Shown here: piece after piece, positions 1 to 9,917 of the stretch
Layout: every line of letters starts with the position of its first letter
How positions within the stretch are numbered: position 1 is the first letter of the stretch
Made by a program: the position numbers and the translations under genes
Notes under the pieces: model-generated
Told to the model about the DNA's origin: nothing
Database searches by the model: none
Seen by the model: the letters and a program-made list of their open reading frames with translations, nothing else
Source of the DNA: Patescibacteria group bacterium
GTDB lineage: Bacteria; Patescibacteriota; Patescibacteriia; UBA10025; JAHIVO01
Assembly (NCBI GenBank): GCA_028718605.1
Contig: JAQULM010000003.1
Span: 80,971 to 144,970, forward strand
DNA: 64,000 nucleotides
Direction: 5' to 3'

Positions 1-3000
1 ATTACAAACCACGTATCGATCTTGACCTGCTGCAGCAACATGCCGACGGTCTCATCGCGCTAACCGCCTGCCTTCAAGGTACGGTCGCCCAATCATTGAT
101 TGCCGGCGACGAACACCGCGCAGAAGCATTCGCGCTTCAGCTCCGTGATATTTTCGGCGAAGACAATTTTTTCCTCGAAGTGCAAGATCATCCTAGCATC
201 CCCCACCAAAACGAGGTAAACGATGCCTTGTTTGAGATGGGAAAAAAACTGAATATCCCGGTCGTTGCGACGAATGACGTACACTATCCCTCAAGTACGG
301 ATGATGAAATTCACGACATCCTGATCTGCCTTCAGACAAAAAAGAAAAAACAAGACACAGATCGAATGTCATACATGGGCGAAGATTTTTCTTTTAAAAG
401 CCCCGAAGTCATGCAGCGGGCGTTTCCAGAGCACCCCGAAGCGCTTGAAAACAGCGTACGAATCGCCAACCGATGCAACGTGCATCTTGAGCTTGGTAAA
501 ATCATGCTACCCTCATTCGATGTGCCGGGTGGCAAGCCAGCTGACGACTACCTGCGTAAATTATGCGTCGCAGGGCTCTCGTACCGATATCCGGGCCGTG
601 AGGACGATTCTCGCGTCCTCAAGCGTCTTGATTATGAGCTGTCAGTTATTAAAAAAACCGGATTCGCGACTTATTTCTTGATTGTGCAGGATTTCGTAAA
701 CTGGGCGAAACAACGCTCAATTGTCGTCGGGCCTGGCCGTGGATCGGCCGCGGGTAGCATTGTATCGTACCTAACCAACATTACCAATATTGACCCGCTG
801 AAATACGATCTCATCTTTGAACGCTTTCTCAATCCAGACCGTATTTCCATGCCAGATATTGACCTTGATTTCGCCGATACCAGACGCGATGAAGTTATCA
901 AGTACGTCGAGGAAAAATACGGGAAGGACCACGTTGCACAGATCATTACCTTCGGCACCATGGCGGCACGCGCCGCGGTACGTGATGCTGGGCGAGTCAT
1001 GGATCTCCCCTATTCATACTGCGACCGGGTCGCAAAACTTATTCCAATGTTCACAACGATTAAACAGGCGCTCTCGGTCAACCCCGAACTCCGCCAACTC
1101 TATGACGGCGAGCCAGATGGCAAACGGCTCCTCGATGCTGCAGGAAAACTTGAGGGTGTCGCCCGGCACGCCTCAACGCACGCCTGTGGCGTCGTCATCA
1201 CAAAAAATCCGCTCGATGAGTACGTGCCCCTCCAATACGCCACTCAGAGCGACGACCAAACAATTATTACACAGTACTCTCTCCACGCGGTGGAAGCGCT
1301 TGGGTTGCTGAAAATGGACTTTCTTGGCCTGAAAAACTTGACCATTCTCGAGGACGCTATCGACATCATCGAAAAGGCGCGCGGGAAAGCAATTCAAATC
1401 GACACCATCCCGCTCGATGACAAAAAAACGTACGCACTCCTGCAACGCGGCGCAACCACAGGTGTATTCCAGCTTGAATCATCAGGCATGAAACGCTACC
1501 TCAAACAGCTAAAACCGACGGAGTTTGAACATATCATCGCGATGGTCGCGCTCTACCGACCCGGCCCGATGGAGTATATCCCCGATTTTATCGACGGCCG
1601 CCATGGCCGCAAACAAGCAACCTACCTGCACCCCAAACTCAAGCCGATCCTTGAAAAAACATACGGCGTCGCGGTCTACCAGGAGCAGCTTATGCAGATA
1701 GCGCGAGACCTGGCTGGATTCAGCATGTCCGAAGCGGATACCCTACGAAAAGCGGTTGGGAAAAAAATTAAGGCGCTCCTGGATGAACAGCGGGACAAGC
1801 TGATCAGCGGGATGGTGCGGAATGACATCAAAAAAACGATTGCAGAAAAAATTTGGAAGCTCGTCGAACCATTCGCGCGGTATGGATTCGTACGCGCGCA
1901 TGCCGCCTGCTATGCGCTCATTGCCTACCAGACTGCGTACTTCAAGGCAAATTACCCTGACGAATTCATGGCTGCGCTTTTGACATCGGATTACGGAGAT
2001 ATCGACCGAATCGCCATAGAAGTCGAGGAGTGCGAACAAATGGGCATCAAGGTCCTGCCGCCGGACATTAACGAGAGTTACTCAACATTCACCGCAGTAT
2101 TTAATGCCGAATCAAAACTTCCCGAGAAAAAAATAAGGTTCGGGTTGCTCGCCATAAAAAACGTGGGTGAAAATATTGCCAAAACAATAATCCGCGAACG
2201 AAAGCGCGGCGGCCCGTATGAGAACCTCGAGGATTTTCTGCGCCGCGTGCAGACAAAGGACCTGAATAAAAAATCGTTAGAGAGCCTCGTAAAATCAGGC
2301 GCATTTGACCGTTTCAATGAACGGAATCAGTTGCTTGAAAATCTTGATGCGCTGCTGAACTACGCAAAAACTGCGGAACGCGAATCGATGAATGGCCAGA
2401 TTAACCTCTTTGGTACGCTTCCCGCGCAACATGCGCCGCGCCTCCACCTCCGCGATACTACCCCCGCGCCAAAACAGCAAAAACTCTCTTGGGAAAAAGA
2501 TCTGCTCGGCCTGTATATTTCCGAGCATCCCCTGCAGGAATACCGCCACCACCTGCGAAGCATTGCCACGCCGATTGCCGAACTGCCCGCACATATCAAT
2601 GGCCACACAGAGGCCTCAGTTGGTGGTATCATTACCAATATCCAGAAGGTTATCACAAAAAGCAACCAGCCAATGCTCTTCGTAAAACTTGAGGATATGA
2701 CGGGGCGCATCGAAGTGCTCGTCTTCCCCTCAACGCTCCAAGAAAACCCTGGTTTATGGCAGGAGGAATCAATCGTGCTTGTCAGGGGCCGCGTTTCTGA
2801 CAAGGAAGGTACCCTGAAAATCCTTTGCGGCGAAGCGCGAGCAATTGAAATCAAAACCTTACAAACGGCCCAAGACTCAAATGCAATTGACGCAACCGGT
2901 AATGTGTACCTGGCGATACCACCGCGAACTGGCCAGCAAACGTTTGAAAAGCTTAAAGCTGCTTTCCTCAAAAACCCCGGGTCATACCGCGTCCATCTAA

Positions 3001-3119
3001 AAATCCAATCAACCCAACAAACAAAAATTTTAGCGACACAATACATGATTCGGGAAGAATGCTTCGTCAGTATCCGCGCACTTATCGGGGACGACACAAT
3101 TACGATTCAAAATAATTAG
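1..3119 (+). CDS. dnaE: DNA polymerase III alpha subunit DnaE, C-terminal ~1040 aa (5' end lies upstream of the window)
   Basis: ORF 96..3119 is in frame from position 3. The translation reads YKPRIDLDLLQQHADGLIALTACLQG..., then the PHP domain (NDVHYP), the pol III alpha core and the OB fold. Confidence 0.9.
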   Translation, partial: YKPRIDLDLLQQHADGLIALTACLQGTVAQSLIAGDEHRAEAFALQLRDIFGEDNFFLEVQDHPSIPHQNEVNDALFEMGKKLNIPVVATNDVHYPSSTDDEIHDILICLQTKKKKQDTDRMSYMGEDFSFKSPEVMQRAFPEHPEALENSVRIANRCNVHLELGKIMLPSFDVPGGKPADDYLRKLCVAGLSYRYPGREDDSRVLKRLDYELSVIKKTGFATYFLIVQDFVNWAKQRSIVVGPGRGSAAGSIVSYLTNITNIDPLKYDLIFERFLNPDRISMPDIDLDFADTRRDEVIKYVEEKYGKDHVAQIITFGTMAARAAVRDAGRVMDLPYSYCDRVAKLIPMFTTIKQALSVNPELRQLYDGEPDGKRLLDAAGKLEGVARHASTHACGVVITKNPLDEYVPLQYATQSDDQTIITQYSLHAVEALGLLKMDFLGLKNLTILEDAIDIIEKARGKAIQIDTIPLDDKKTYALLQRGATTGVFQLESSGMKRYLKQLKPTEFEHIIAMVALYRPGPMEYIPDFIDGRHGRKQATYLHPKLKPILEKTYGVAVYQEQLMQIARDLAGFSMSEADTLRKAVGKKIKALLDEQRDKLISGMVRNDIKKTIAEKIWKLVEPFARYGFVRAHAACYALIAYQTAYFKANYPDEFMAALLTSDYGDIDRIAIEVEECEQMGIKVLPPDINESYSTFTAVFNAESKLPEKKIRFGLLAIKNVGENIAKTIIRERKRGGPYENLEDFLRRVQTKDLNKKSLESLVKSGAFDRFNERNQLLENLDALLNYAKTAERESMNGQINLFGTLPAQHAPRLHLRDTTPAPKQQKLSWEKDLLGLYISEHPLQEYRHHLRSIATPIAELPAHINGHTEASVGGIITNIQKVITKSNQPMLFVKLEDMTGRIEVLVFPSTLQENPGLWQEESIVLVRGRVSDKEGTLKILCGEARAIEIKTLQTAQDSNAIDATGNVYLAIPPRTGQQTFEKLKAAFLKNPGSYRVHLKIQSTQQTKILATQYMIREECFVSIRALIGDDTITIQNN

Positions 3120-3129
3120 CAACACGACC

Positions 3130-4296
3130 ATGGAACAGATTTCGCACATTCGCACAACGCGCTTCTATAAAAAAACTGCGATTCTCTTCTGTGCCTTTGC
3201 CGTACTCCTGCTCGTCGCAATACTTTATTATTCACTGAATAAAACAACGATCGCGGTAACGATCGGCGCACAAACACGTACTGTTGATTTTGAAGTCTAC
3301 GCCGACCCAACTGACGAGGCGGCAGCAGGAACCATGGAAGATACAATATTCGGCATCGCGGCAACGACGGCGGCAGACGCTTCGGAAACATATGACAATA
3401 CAAATGAAGGCGGTACCGTCGATAGCATTGCCACCGGCACCGTGACGATCCGCAATACCTGGTCTCAGCCGCAGCCACTCTCAGCAACGACGCGCCTCCT
3501 GACGCCCGAGGGTGTATTATTTCGCATAAAAAACCGCGTGGACGTTCCGGCAAACGGCTCACTGGAAAACGTCGAGGTATACGCTGATGTGCCGGGAGAT
3601 TCCGGTAATATCGGCCCAAAAACATTCACGATCCCCGGACTGTCGAAAGAGCTCCAGCAGAAAATTACTGCCGAAAGCACCACCGCGATGACCGGCGGGA
3701 CACGGACGGCTCGCGTGTTAACCCAAGATCTCGTTGACAACGCAAAAGAAAAACTTGAGCAGCAACTGCTTACCCAAATACAAACGACGGCGGAACTCCC
3801 GTCCGACATTCAAGCACCGAACAGCATCCATCTCGGGAAAGCAGTCCTCGTCGAAACAACGGATACGAAAATAAGCCCGGCTGTTGGTGAGGTATGCGAT
3901 ACGTTCACGCTCACGATGAGTGCGAATGCCACTGTCATTTTTATTGATGACAATTCCCTGCTGTCGAAAGCACTCACGTCGCTCACCGACTCGCTCGCTG
4001 ATGGCGAAATAATCAGTGCGTATAAGAGCACTGATTTAACCTATACCGCGGAAACCTACTCAACCGACACCAAGCAGGCAAAACTGAACGTCTCGCTCTC
4101 GGTAACGGCAATTCCGGGCAGTGAACATCCTCTGTACAACAAAGAGGCGCTCGCTGGGAAGGATTCCATGGAGATTGAGTCATATTTCCGTTCATACGAT
4201 TTCGTACGCAATGTTTCGGTGAATTTTTCGCCGTTCTGGGTGCACACAGCACCCTCGGTCCAGAGCCAGATCGAAATCAAGGTTACTATGGAGTAA
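3130..4296 (+). CDS. hypothetical membrane-anchored protein (N-terminal TM helix, Thr/Ser-rich extracytoplasmic region)
   Basis: 388-aa ORF starting 10 nt after the dnaE stop. The N-terminus AILFCAFAVLLLVAILYY is hydrophobic. No motif recognised. Confidence 0.55.
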   Translation: MEQISHIRTTRFYKKTAILFCAFAVLLLVAILYYSLNKTTIAVTIGAQTRTVDFEVYADPTDEAAAGTMEDTIFGIAATTAADASETYDNTNEGGTVDSIATGTVTIRNTWSQPQPLSATTRLLTPEGVLFRIKNRVDVPANGSLENVEVYADVPGDSGNIGPKTFTIPGLSKELQQKITAESTTAMTGGTRTARVLTQDLVDNAKEKLEQQLLTQIQTTAELPSDIQAPNSIHLGKAVLVETTDTKISPAVGEVCDTFTLTMSANATVIFIDDNSLLSKALTSLTDSLADGEIISAYKSTDLTYTAETYSTDTKQAKLNVSLSVTAIPGSEHPLYNKEALAGKDSMEIESYFRSYDFVRNVSVNFSPFWVHTAPSVQSQIEIKVTME

Positions 4297-4305
4297 TCGC
4301 AATTC

Positions 4306-4332
4306 TTGACAAAGGCTTAGTACTCGTATACT
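4306..4332 (+). promoter_or_regulatory. sigma70-like promoter for the thrS leader (TTGACA-15-TATACT)
   Basis: TTGACA at 4306-4311 and TATACT at 4327-4332. The 15-nt spacer is suboptimal. Confidence 0.35.
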
Positions 4333-4339
4333 GTTACTG

Positions 4340-4535
4340 TGCTGATCGCGGCGATTGGGGCGCCTACCACGCGCCCTGGCAACATGTTGCCAGCACTGGC
4401 ATACCAAGTGCCCAAGCACGCGATGCAAACATGAATGAAGCGTCTCCGCCAAAAGGACAGGAGAAAGTTGGGTGGAACCGCCCTGGAAGTTACAGGGTCC
4501 CAAAAATGAAATATTTTTGGGAATTTTTATTTACT
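4340..4535 (+). promoter_or_regulatory. T-box riboswitch leader of thrS with an apical specifier loop carrying ACC (Thr)
   Basis: Hairpin GGGCGC-CUACCAC-GCGCCC at 4358-4376 exposes ACC+A. The T-box-like sequence AGUUGGGUGGAACCGCCCUGG lies at 4466-4486. A terminator CCCAAAAAU-GAAAU-AUUUUUGGG plus U-tract lies at 4499-4533, and an antiterminator pairing with CCCUGG/CAGGG is possible. Confidence 0.5.
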
Positions 4536-4550
4536 AACCACTTCAACGCT

Positions 4551-6284
4551 ATGGAAAACCAATTGGAAAAAATCCGCCATTCTCTTTCCCACCTGCTCGC
4601 ACACGCGGTCCAGGACATGTTCGCTGACGTGAAATTCGGCATTGGCCCGACGATCGAAAACGGCTTTTACTATGATTTTGAGTTGCCGCGCCCCCTCACG
4701 CCGCAGGATCTCCCGAAAATCGAGAAGCGTATGAAAAACCTGATCCGACAGAACATTCAATTCGAAAAAAAGGAACTCTCACCTGATCAGGCGCACCAAC
4801 AATCAAAGGGCCAGCCATATAAGCTCGAGCTTATCGACGAACTGGCACGCGAAAAAAAAGCAATCAGCTATTATATATCGGGCAAATTCACAGACCTTTG
4901 CGCGGGACCACATATCACGACCTCGAAGGAGATTCCCATAGACGCATTCAAACTCACGAGGATTGCCGGGGCGTACTGGCGCGGCGACGAAAAGAATAAG
5001 ATGCTCCAGCGTATTTATGGCGTCGCATTTCTTACAAAAGCTGACCTCGATGCCTACCTCAAACGCCAAGCAGAAGCGGAAAAACGAGACCATAGGCGGA
5101 TCGGGAACGAACTTGCGCTCTTCACCTTTTCGGAGCTCGTTGGCCCGGGCTTGCCCATGTATCTGCCCAATGGCACGATCCTCATGCGCCAAATCGGCAC
5201 GTACCTCGAATCCTTGAAAACAGCCCAAGGCTACGAGCCGGTCGACATCCCCCACCTCGCAAAGAACGAATTGTACAAAACATCCGGCCACTGGGACAAA
5301 TTCAAGGACGACATTTTCCATGTCAAAGGTAAGGTCGACGAATTCGTCCTCAAGCCGATGAACTGCCCGCACCACGCGACGATGTACGCTTCAATGCCGC
5401 GGAGCTACCGCGACCTGCCGGTTCGGTATGCGGAGATGACCAAAATGTACCGGGATGAGCAAACCGGCGAATTACACGGCTTATCGCGCGTTCGGTCCAT
5501 CACGATCGATGATACCCACATCTTCTGCCGCCCCGACCAGATCCTCGAAGAATGCGGCCGCGCGTATACAATTATCAAGGAATTCTACCGTACGTTCAAT
5601 TTCCCGCTCAAGGTCGAGCTGTCAATCCGTGACCCCAAACACCCGGAAAAATATCTTGGTGATGATGCGATCTGGAAAAAAGCGGAAGATACGTTAGCGC
5701 ACTTATTAAAAACGCTCAAACTCAATTACACACTCCATGAAGGCGAAGCCGCGTTCTACGGCCCGAAAATCGATTTCAAGGCCCAGGATTCTCTTGGCCG
5801 CACCTGGCAGCTGTCGACAATCCAGCTTGACTTCAACCTGCCAGAACGTTTCCAGCTCGAATATACGGACGAAGCCGGCAAAAAAACACGGCCGGTCATG
5901 GTCCATATCGCCGTCGCTGGCTCGATGGAACGGTTCCTCTCGATCATCATCGAGCACTATGCCGGTGCGTTCCCAACATGGCTCGCGCCAGTCCAGGTCG
6001 CAATTATTACAGTTGGCAAAGCACATGGCACTCCTGCGCGAAAACTCCACGCCAAGCTCAAAGCAGCCGGCATACGCACTGCACTGTATGCGGACAATGA
6101 AACAGTCGGCTATAAAATCCGCACTGCCGAGAAATTGCGCATCCCCTATACGCTCGTGATTGGCGATAAAGAGGTGAAGAGCAGCAGACTGCACGTCCGT
6201 ATCCGTGGAAAAAAACAGCTCGCCGTCATGGCGACCCAGAAATTCATCACCCGCATCACCAAGGAAATTCAGGCAAGGAAATAA
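4551..6284 (+). CDS. thrS: threonyl-tRNA synthetase (short form lacking the N-terminal TGS domain)
   Basis: Translation MENQLEKIRHSLSHLLAHAV... shows the editing-domain HxxxH, the class II core (FKPMNCPHH) and the anticodon-binding domain. The start was chosen at 4551 because 4431-4550 is the T-box leader. Confidence 0.9.
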   Translation: MENQLEKIRHSLSHLLAHAVQDMFADVKFGIGPTIENGFYYDFELPRPLTPQDLPKIEKRMKNLIRQNIQFEKKELSPDQAHQQSKGQPYKLELIDELAREKKAISYYISGKFTDLCAGPHITTSKEIPIDAFKLTRIAGAYWRGDEKNKMLQRIYGVAFLTKADLDAYLKRQAEAEKRDHRRIGNELALFTFSELVGPGLPMYLPNGTILMRQIGTYLESLKTAQGYEPVDIPHLAKNELYKTSGHWDKFKDDIFHVKGKVDEFVLKPMNCPHHATMYASMPRSYRDLPVRYAEMTKMYRDEQTGELHGLSRVRSITIDDTHIFCRPDQILEECGRAYTIIKEFYRTFNFPLKVELSIRDPKHPEKYLGDDAIWKKAEDTLAHLLKTLKLNYTLHEGEAAFYGPKIDFKAQDSLGRTWQLSTIQLDFNLPERFQLEYTDEAGKKTRPVMVHIAVAGSMERFLSIIIEHYAGAFPTWLAPVQVAIITVGKAHGTPARKLHAKLKAAGIRTALYADNETVGYKIRTAEKLRIPYTLVIGDKEVKSSRLHVRIRGKKQLAVMATQKFITRITKEIQARK

Positions 6285-6312
6285 CTACCACTGAAAGCAC
6301 TTGAAGGATAAA

Positions 6313-6345
6313 GGCCGGGACCTACCGGCCTTTTTGGGATATACA
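6313..6345 (+). terminator. rho-independent terminator of thrS
   Basis: GGCCGGGACCUACCGGCC followed by UUUUUGGG. Confidence 0.6.
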
Positions 6346-6414
6346 AAAAGGGGTGGGGGGTCGGAAAACGATGAACAGATGCTCATGTTTCCTTATTGAC
6401 CCCCACACCCCACT
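6346..6414 (-). terminator. strong hairpin plus U-tract terminating a minus-strand transcript
   Basis: Minus-strand RNA GGGGUGUGGGGGUC...(loop with nested GAACA/UGUUC hairpin)...GACCCCCCACCCC, then UUUUUGUAU. Confidence 0.45.
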
Positions 6415-6850
6415 GCAGTCCTTTCGGTGAATCCGGCTTACCATATGGTTGCCGGGAAATGCTCCTTGCACAGGCCAAGGAGAACTTTCAGAAGGAGGCG
6501 TTCGCCTCAGGTGGATCTCCGTTTCCGGAAGTGATACACGAGCCCCACAGGTGGGGCTATTCTCTACCGTAAGAAAGGGCCCGAAGGCCGTTTTGCGCAC
6601 ATGGCGCGATACGAATAGGAATTGCGCAGCGCGAGCTAGTACTGCGCGGTTACTTCTGAAAGCTTGTGAAAGGACCACATAGGCCCGCTAATCCTGACGG
6701 AATTACTCAGGTAGAATGGCCCACGAAGTGAGCACAGTCCCAGTGAATGGGATGATCTCGCCTTCAGAGGGCGAGTCAATCCACTCGTCAGGACTGTGAG
6801 TATAGAGCAAGATGCCTCCCCAATCAAGGGTCCGCTTGTGGATAACTAAA
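6415..6850 (-). ncRNA. candidate structured non-coding RNA or long structured 3'UTR, identity unresolved
   Basis: ~440 nt with no credible ORF and many local hairpins (GGCCCGAAGGCC, GAGGCGUUCGCCUC, GCGCAGCGCGAGCUAGUACUGCGCGG). It is bounded by convergent terminators. The plus strand carries an RNase P P4-like string AAUCCGGCUUACCAUA at 6430-6446. Confidence 0.25.
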
Positions 6851-6893
6851 AAACATCAAACACACCCGAGGGGCGCGATTGGATGGTACGGTG

Positions 6894-7071
6894 TTATTGC
6901 GAAATTGAAATCGCAAAATACGCGCCAGCAACCGCTGCGCCGATAACAATCGCCGTGAGCAGCACCTTGGTGCCGACGCTGATCTTTTTCGCCGTTTCAA
7001 CCGCAACTTGCCGGCGTTCATCCTCGTCTACTTCTTTCTCAATTTCTTCCATCGATAATACCATAAGCTTT
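6894..7071 (-). CDS. small hypothetical membrane protein (59 aa, C-terminal TM)
   Basis: MVLSMEEIEKEVDEDERRQVAVETAKKISVGTKVLLTAIVIGAAVAGAYFAISISQ, followed by a weak hairpin and U-tract. Confidence 0.3.
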
Positions 7072-7125
7072 GCGTAACTCGTTACCATCCCAGTATACCA
7101 TACCATGCCTTGCCGTAAAATCGCA

Positions 7126-7139
7126 CTCGAGTGTACAAT
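7126..7139 (+). promoter_or_regulatory. extended -10 (GTGTACAAT) 10 nt upstream of the miaB start codon
   Basis: GAGTGTACAATAACCCTACTATG. A TGnTACAAT-type -10 with almost no leader. Confidence 0.4.
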
Positions 7140-7148
7140 AACCCTACT

Positions 7149-8531
7149 ATGAAATACGGCCTGTTTACAATCGGATGCCAAATGAACCAGTCGGACGGCG
7201 AGCGTATTGCCGGCCTGCTGGAATCACACGGTTGCAGCCGGATCTCCGATGAAGCTGCGGCAGACGTTATCATCGTCATTTCGTGCTCAGTGCGCCAAAA
7301 AGCGATGGACCGCATTTTCGGCAAACTGAACGCGTGGGACAAGGCACGTAAAAAACGCGGGCTCCGCCTCGTCCTCACCGGTTGCGTGCTCCCCGCCGAC
7401 CGCAAGCGCCTCGCAAACCGGTTTGACCATATACTTTCCGTCCGCGATGTCAAAAAGTTGCCGGCGTTATTGGGGCTCGCACGCCAACAAACAGCCACGC
7501 GTGCCATAACAAACGCTGACTACCTAGAACTCCCCTCTCTCCATGAATCGCCGTTTCAGGCATTTGTGCCCATTATGACGGGGTGCAACAACTACTGCAC
7601 ATACTGCGCTGTCCCGTATACGCGGGGTGAGGAAGCATCCCGGCCGTCGTCCGAAATAATCAGCGAGGTCAAACAATTGATTCACGGCGGATATAAGGAA
7701 ATAACGCTGCTTGGGCAGAACGTCAACGCATATATTGACCCCGAAACTGCGCAGAGCGCTGAAATTCTCCAGTCGCGGGCGCGGTCGACTTGGCAATTTA
7801 AAAAAAACCAGCCGCTGCAGTGGCGAACCGCAACAACGAATGTGCCGAAAGATTTCGCAGTACTTCTACAACGAATAAACGGCTTGCCCGGCGACTTCTG
7901 GATTCGGTTTCTCACCTCAAACCCCCAGGACGTATCAGACGAGCTCCTGGCAACGCTCCCCCGGTGCCAAAAAATAACGCGGTATTTTCATCTGCCGTTC
8001 CAGGCTGGCGATGATGAAATCTTACGACGCATGAACAGGCGCCACGCCCGCACATACTATTTAGATTTGATTAATAAAATACGTTCGTCATGGCCCGGAG
8101 TTACGATCTCAACCGATGTAATCGTTGGATTCCCTGGCGAAACAGCGGCACAGTTCAAAAAAACTGTCGACGTGATGGAAACCGTCGGATTTGATATGGC
8201 ATATATCGCTGAGTACTCACCGCGGCCTGGAACTGCATCCGCCCGCTTTTTTAAAGACGATGTACCGAAAAAAGAAAAAACGAGGCGCAAAACTATACTT
8301 AACGAAGTATTAAAAAAAACCGCACTCGAGCGCAATCAGCAGCTTGTCGGAACGGCGACCCGTGTCCTCGTCGAACGTTATAACAAACGCACGGGCGAAA
8401 ATGCAGGAAAAACAGAAACGTTTAAAACGATCCATTTCCCTGGGATAGCAATGATTGGGCAATTCGCTGACGTGGAAATAACTGAAGCGACTGCCTGGGG
8501 CTTACGCGGTATCCAAGGTAAAATAAAATGA
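7149..8531 (+). CDS. miaB: tRNA-2-methylthio-N6-dimethylallyladenosine synthase MiaB (radical SAM methylthiotransferase)
   Basis: N-terminal MTTase domain, radical-SAM CNNYCTYCAVP motif and C-terminal TRAM region. The first ATG in frame is at 7149. Confidence 0.85.
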   Translation: MKYGLFTIGCQMNQSDGERIAGLLESHGCSRISDEAAADVIIVISCSVRQKAMDRIFGKLNAWDKARKKRGLRLVLTGCVLPADRKRLANRFDHILSVRDVKKLPALLGLARQQTATRAITNADYLELPSLHESPFQAFVPIMTGCNNYCTYCAVPYTRGEEASRPSSEIISEVKQLIHGGYKEITLLGQNVNAYIDPETAQSAEILQSRARSTWQFKKNQPLQWRTATTNVPKDFAVLLQRINGLPGDFWIRFLTSNPQDVSDELLATLPRCQKITRYFHLPFQAGDDEILRRMNRRHARTYYLDLINKIRSSWPGVTISTDVIVGFPGETAAQFKKTVDVMETVGFDMAYIAEYSPRPGTASARFFKDDVPKKEKTRRKTILNEVLKKTALERNQQLVGTATRVLVERYNKRTGENAGKTETFKTIHFPGIAMIGQFADVEITEATAWGLRGIQGKIK

Positions 8532-8568
8532 GCTGTGGACGGTGTTCTGGTAAACACGCATACACAGC

Positions 8569-9108
8569 TCATGAACGCAATTCTTCCTGGTTCTTTTTGC
8601 TAGTTCCGTTTCGGGACCGCCATTCCCATATCCGGAAGAGTAGGAACGGTATCATGAAGGCAAAAATGTACTTGCCCAATAGCGGATAGAACAGGATGCG
8701 CACAGCACTCCCTGAACCGAGCGCAATAAACCCCCGAAACAGGCTCAGTTCATGCCGTCGCGCGTGCAACGTAATGATCCCGAACTTTTTTGCCATTGGT
8801 TCGAACGCGGTGAAGAACAGGTCGATATACGACAGTCCAGCTCCGCGTCCAATCTTCTGGAGCAATTTCGGGGTGTGGATGGTCCGCATGAAGCGGAATT
8901 TGCTCCACCCAAGATGCAGCAAGGTGTACTCGATGATGCTTTGCGCTGAGTCCGCAACAATCAGGATAACGTATGCGTACTTGAACGGCACGCCCAGATC
9001 ATGCAACAAAGCTGCAAGCCGCTCCACAAAGAACATAATCCAGGAAACAAACGGTATATCAAGGAACCAGTCAATTGCGCTCCCAATAAAACCCAGAATG
9101 TCCGACAT
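8569..9108 (-). CDS. hypothetical polytopic membrane protein
   Basis: Start MSDILGF... is preceded by AAGGAGG 5 nt upstream. There are 4-5 hydrophobic segments. No family recognised. Confidence 0.55.
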   Translation of the reverse strand: MSDILGFIGSAIDWFLDIPFVSWIMFFVERLAALLHDLGVPFKYAYVILIVADSAQSIIEYTLLHLGWSKFRFMRTIHTPKLLQKIGRGAGLSYIDLFFTAFEPMAKKFGIITLHARRHELSLFRGFIALGSGSAVRILFYPLLGKYIFAFMIPFLLFRIWEWRSRNGTSKKNQEELRS

Positions 9109-9313
9109 TCTGTGCCTCCTTGAGGAGCTAAAGGTTGACAACGAACAACGAAATACTGCAAGAACATACAATCGTACACTCTTTCTGCGGTTTTGTCAAT
9201 GCTCAACACCGCGATTCACCACTACGAAAAACCGCCGTCTGAATAAATCCAGCAGGCGGTCTCTCACGATACACGATGGCATCCAAGAATCGTCATGCGG
9301 CCTACTCCTCTGG

Positions 9314-9745
9314 CTAGCAATTAAGTATTCCCTGCAATTCCAGGACAAACCTTTCATGCGCAAGAGGATACGGAACAATGATGCAGTAGCGGTCTTGGAG
9401 CGCGCTGCTTGGTGCATGCCGCGCCCGGCGGATCAAGGCGAACTCATCGAGATTGACGCTGATTGCGCCGGGATGCCGGTCAACGCACGACCGTACGGAA
9501 TCCTCATGGGCTGTCACGAGAATCACGAGCGGCTGTTTTGGCAGCGCTTCCACCGCCTCGACAAACGGTCTCCGATCCATGCCACACATATCAAAGTCTA
9601 CGATAACTGCATCCGGCTCAAAGCCCCTGCACGCATCGAGGCCTGTCGCTGAGCCCACTGCTTCATGCACGTCGAAACCGCCCGTCCGAAGTGCCGTGAC
9701 TAAGCTCGAAAGCGAGTCACCGTGTAGTACAAAAACCCGTGCCAT
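9314..9745 (-). CDS. single-domain response regulator (CheY-like receiver)
   Basis: MARVFVLHGDS...AVIVDFDMCGMD...LVILVTAH shows the receiver fold with the phospho-acceptor Asp. The RBS is GGAAGGAGG. Confidence 0.7.
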   Translation of the reverse strand: MARVFVLHGDSLSSLVTALRTGGFDVHEAVGSATGLDACRGFEPDAVIVDFDMCGMDRRPFVEAVEALPKQPLVILVTAHEDSVRSCVDRHPGAISVNLDEFALIRRARHAPSSALQDRYCIIVPYPLAHERFVLELQGILNC

Positions 9746-9780
9746 ACAAATCCTCCTTCCTATGGACTCGGGGGTTTTTA

Positions 9781-9793
9781 GTGTACAATGTTA
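9781..9793. promoter_or_regulatory. conserved 13-mer GTGTACAATGTTA, 36 nt upstream of the receiver gene start
   Basis: The identical 13-mer recurs at 10375-10387 with the same spacing to the second receiver gene. The palindromic TGTACA core allows an extended -10 on either strand. Confidence 0.35.
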
Positions 9794-9917
9794 ATTGAAC
9801 CTACCATAAAAAAGTACCTCGGTCAATAGAATCGTGATTGTGGGGAGCTTTTGTGCAATGATAAACCGCCGCGTGTATCGCACAACGCGGCGGCCGTATT
9901 GGATTTTCGCTATCCTC

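Noticed and set aside
4431-4550. Upstream in-frame starts for thrS (MNEASPP... or MKYFWEF...)
   Set aside because: This region is the T-box leader and terminator hairpin. ThrRS homology begins at MENQLEK.
6346-6890. tmRNA or RNase P RNA identity for the structured region
   Set aside because: No T-arm/CCA end, no tag-peptide ORF ending in AA-stop. The RNase P-like P4 string is on the plus strand, where a full-length RNase P RNA would have to start inside thrS. It is kept only as an unassigned candidate ncRNA.
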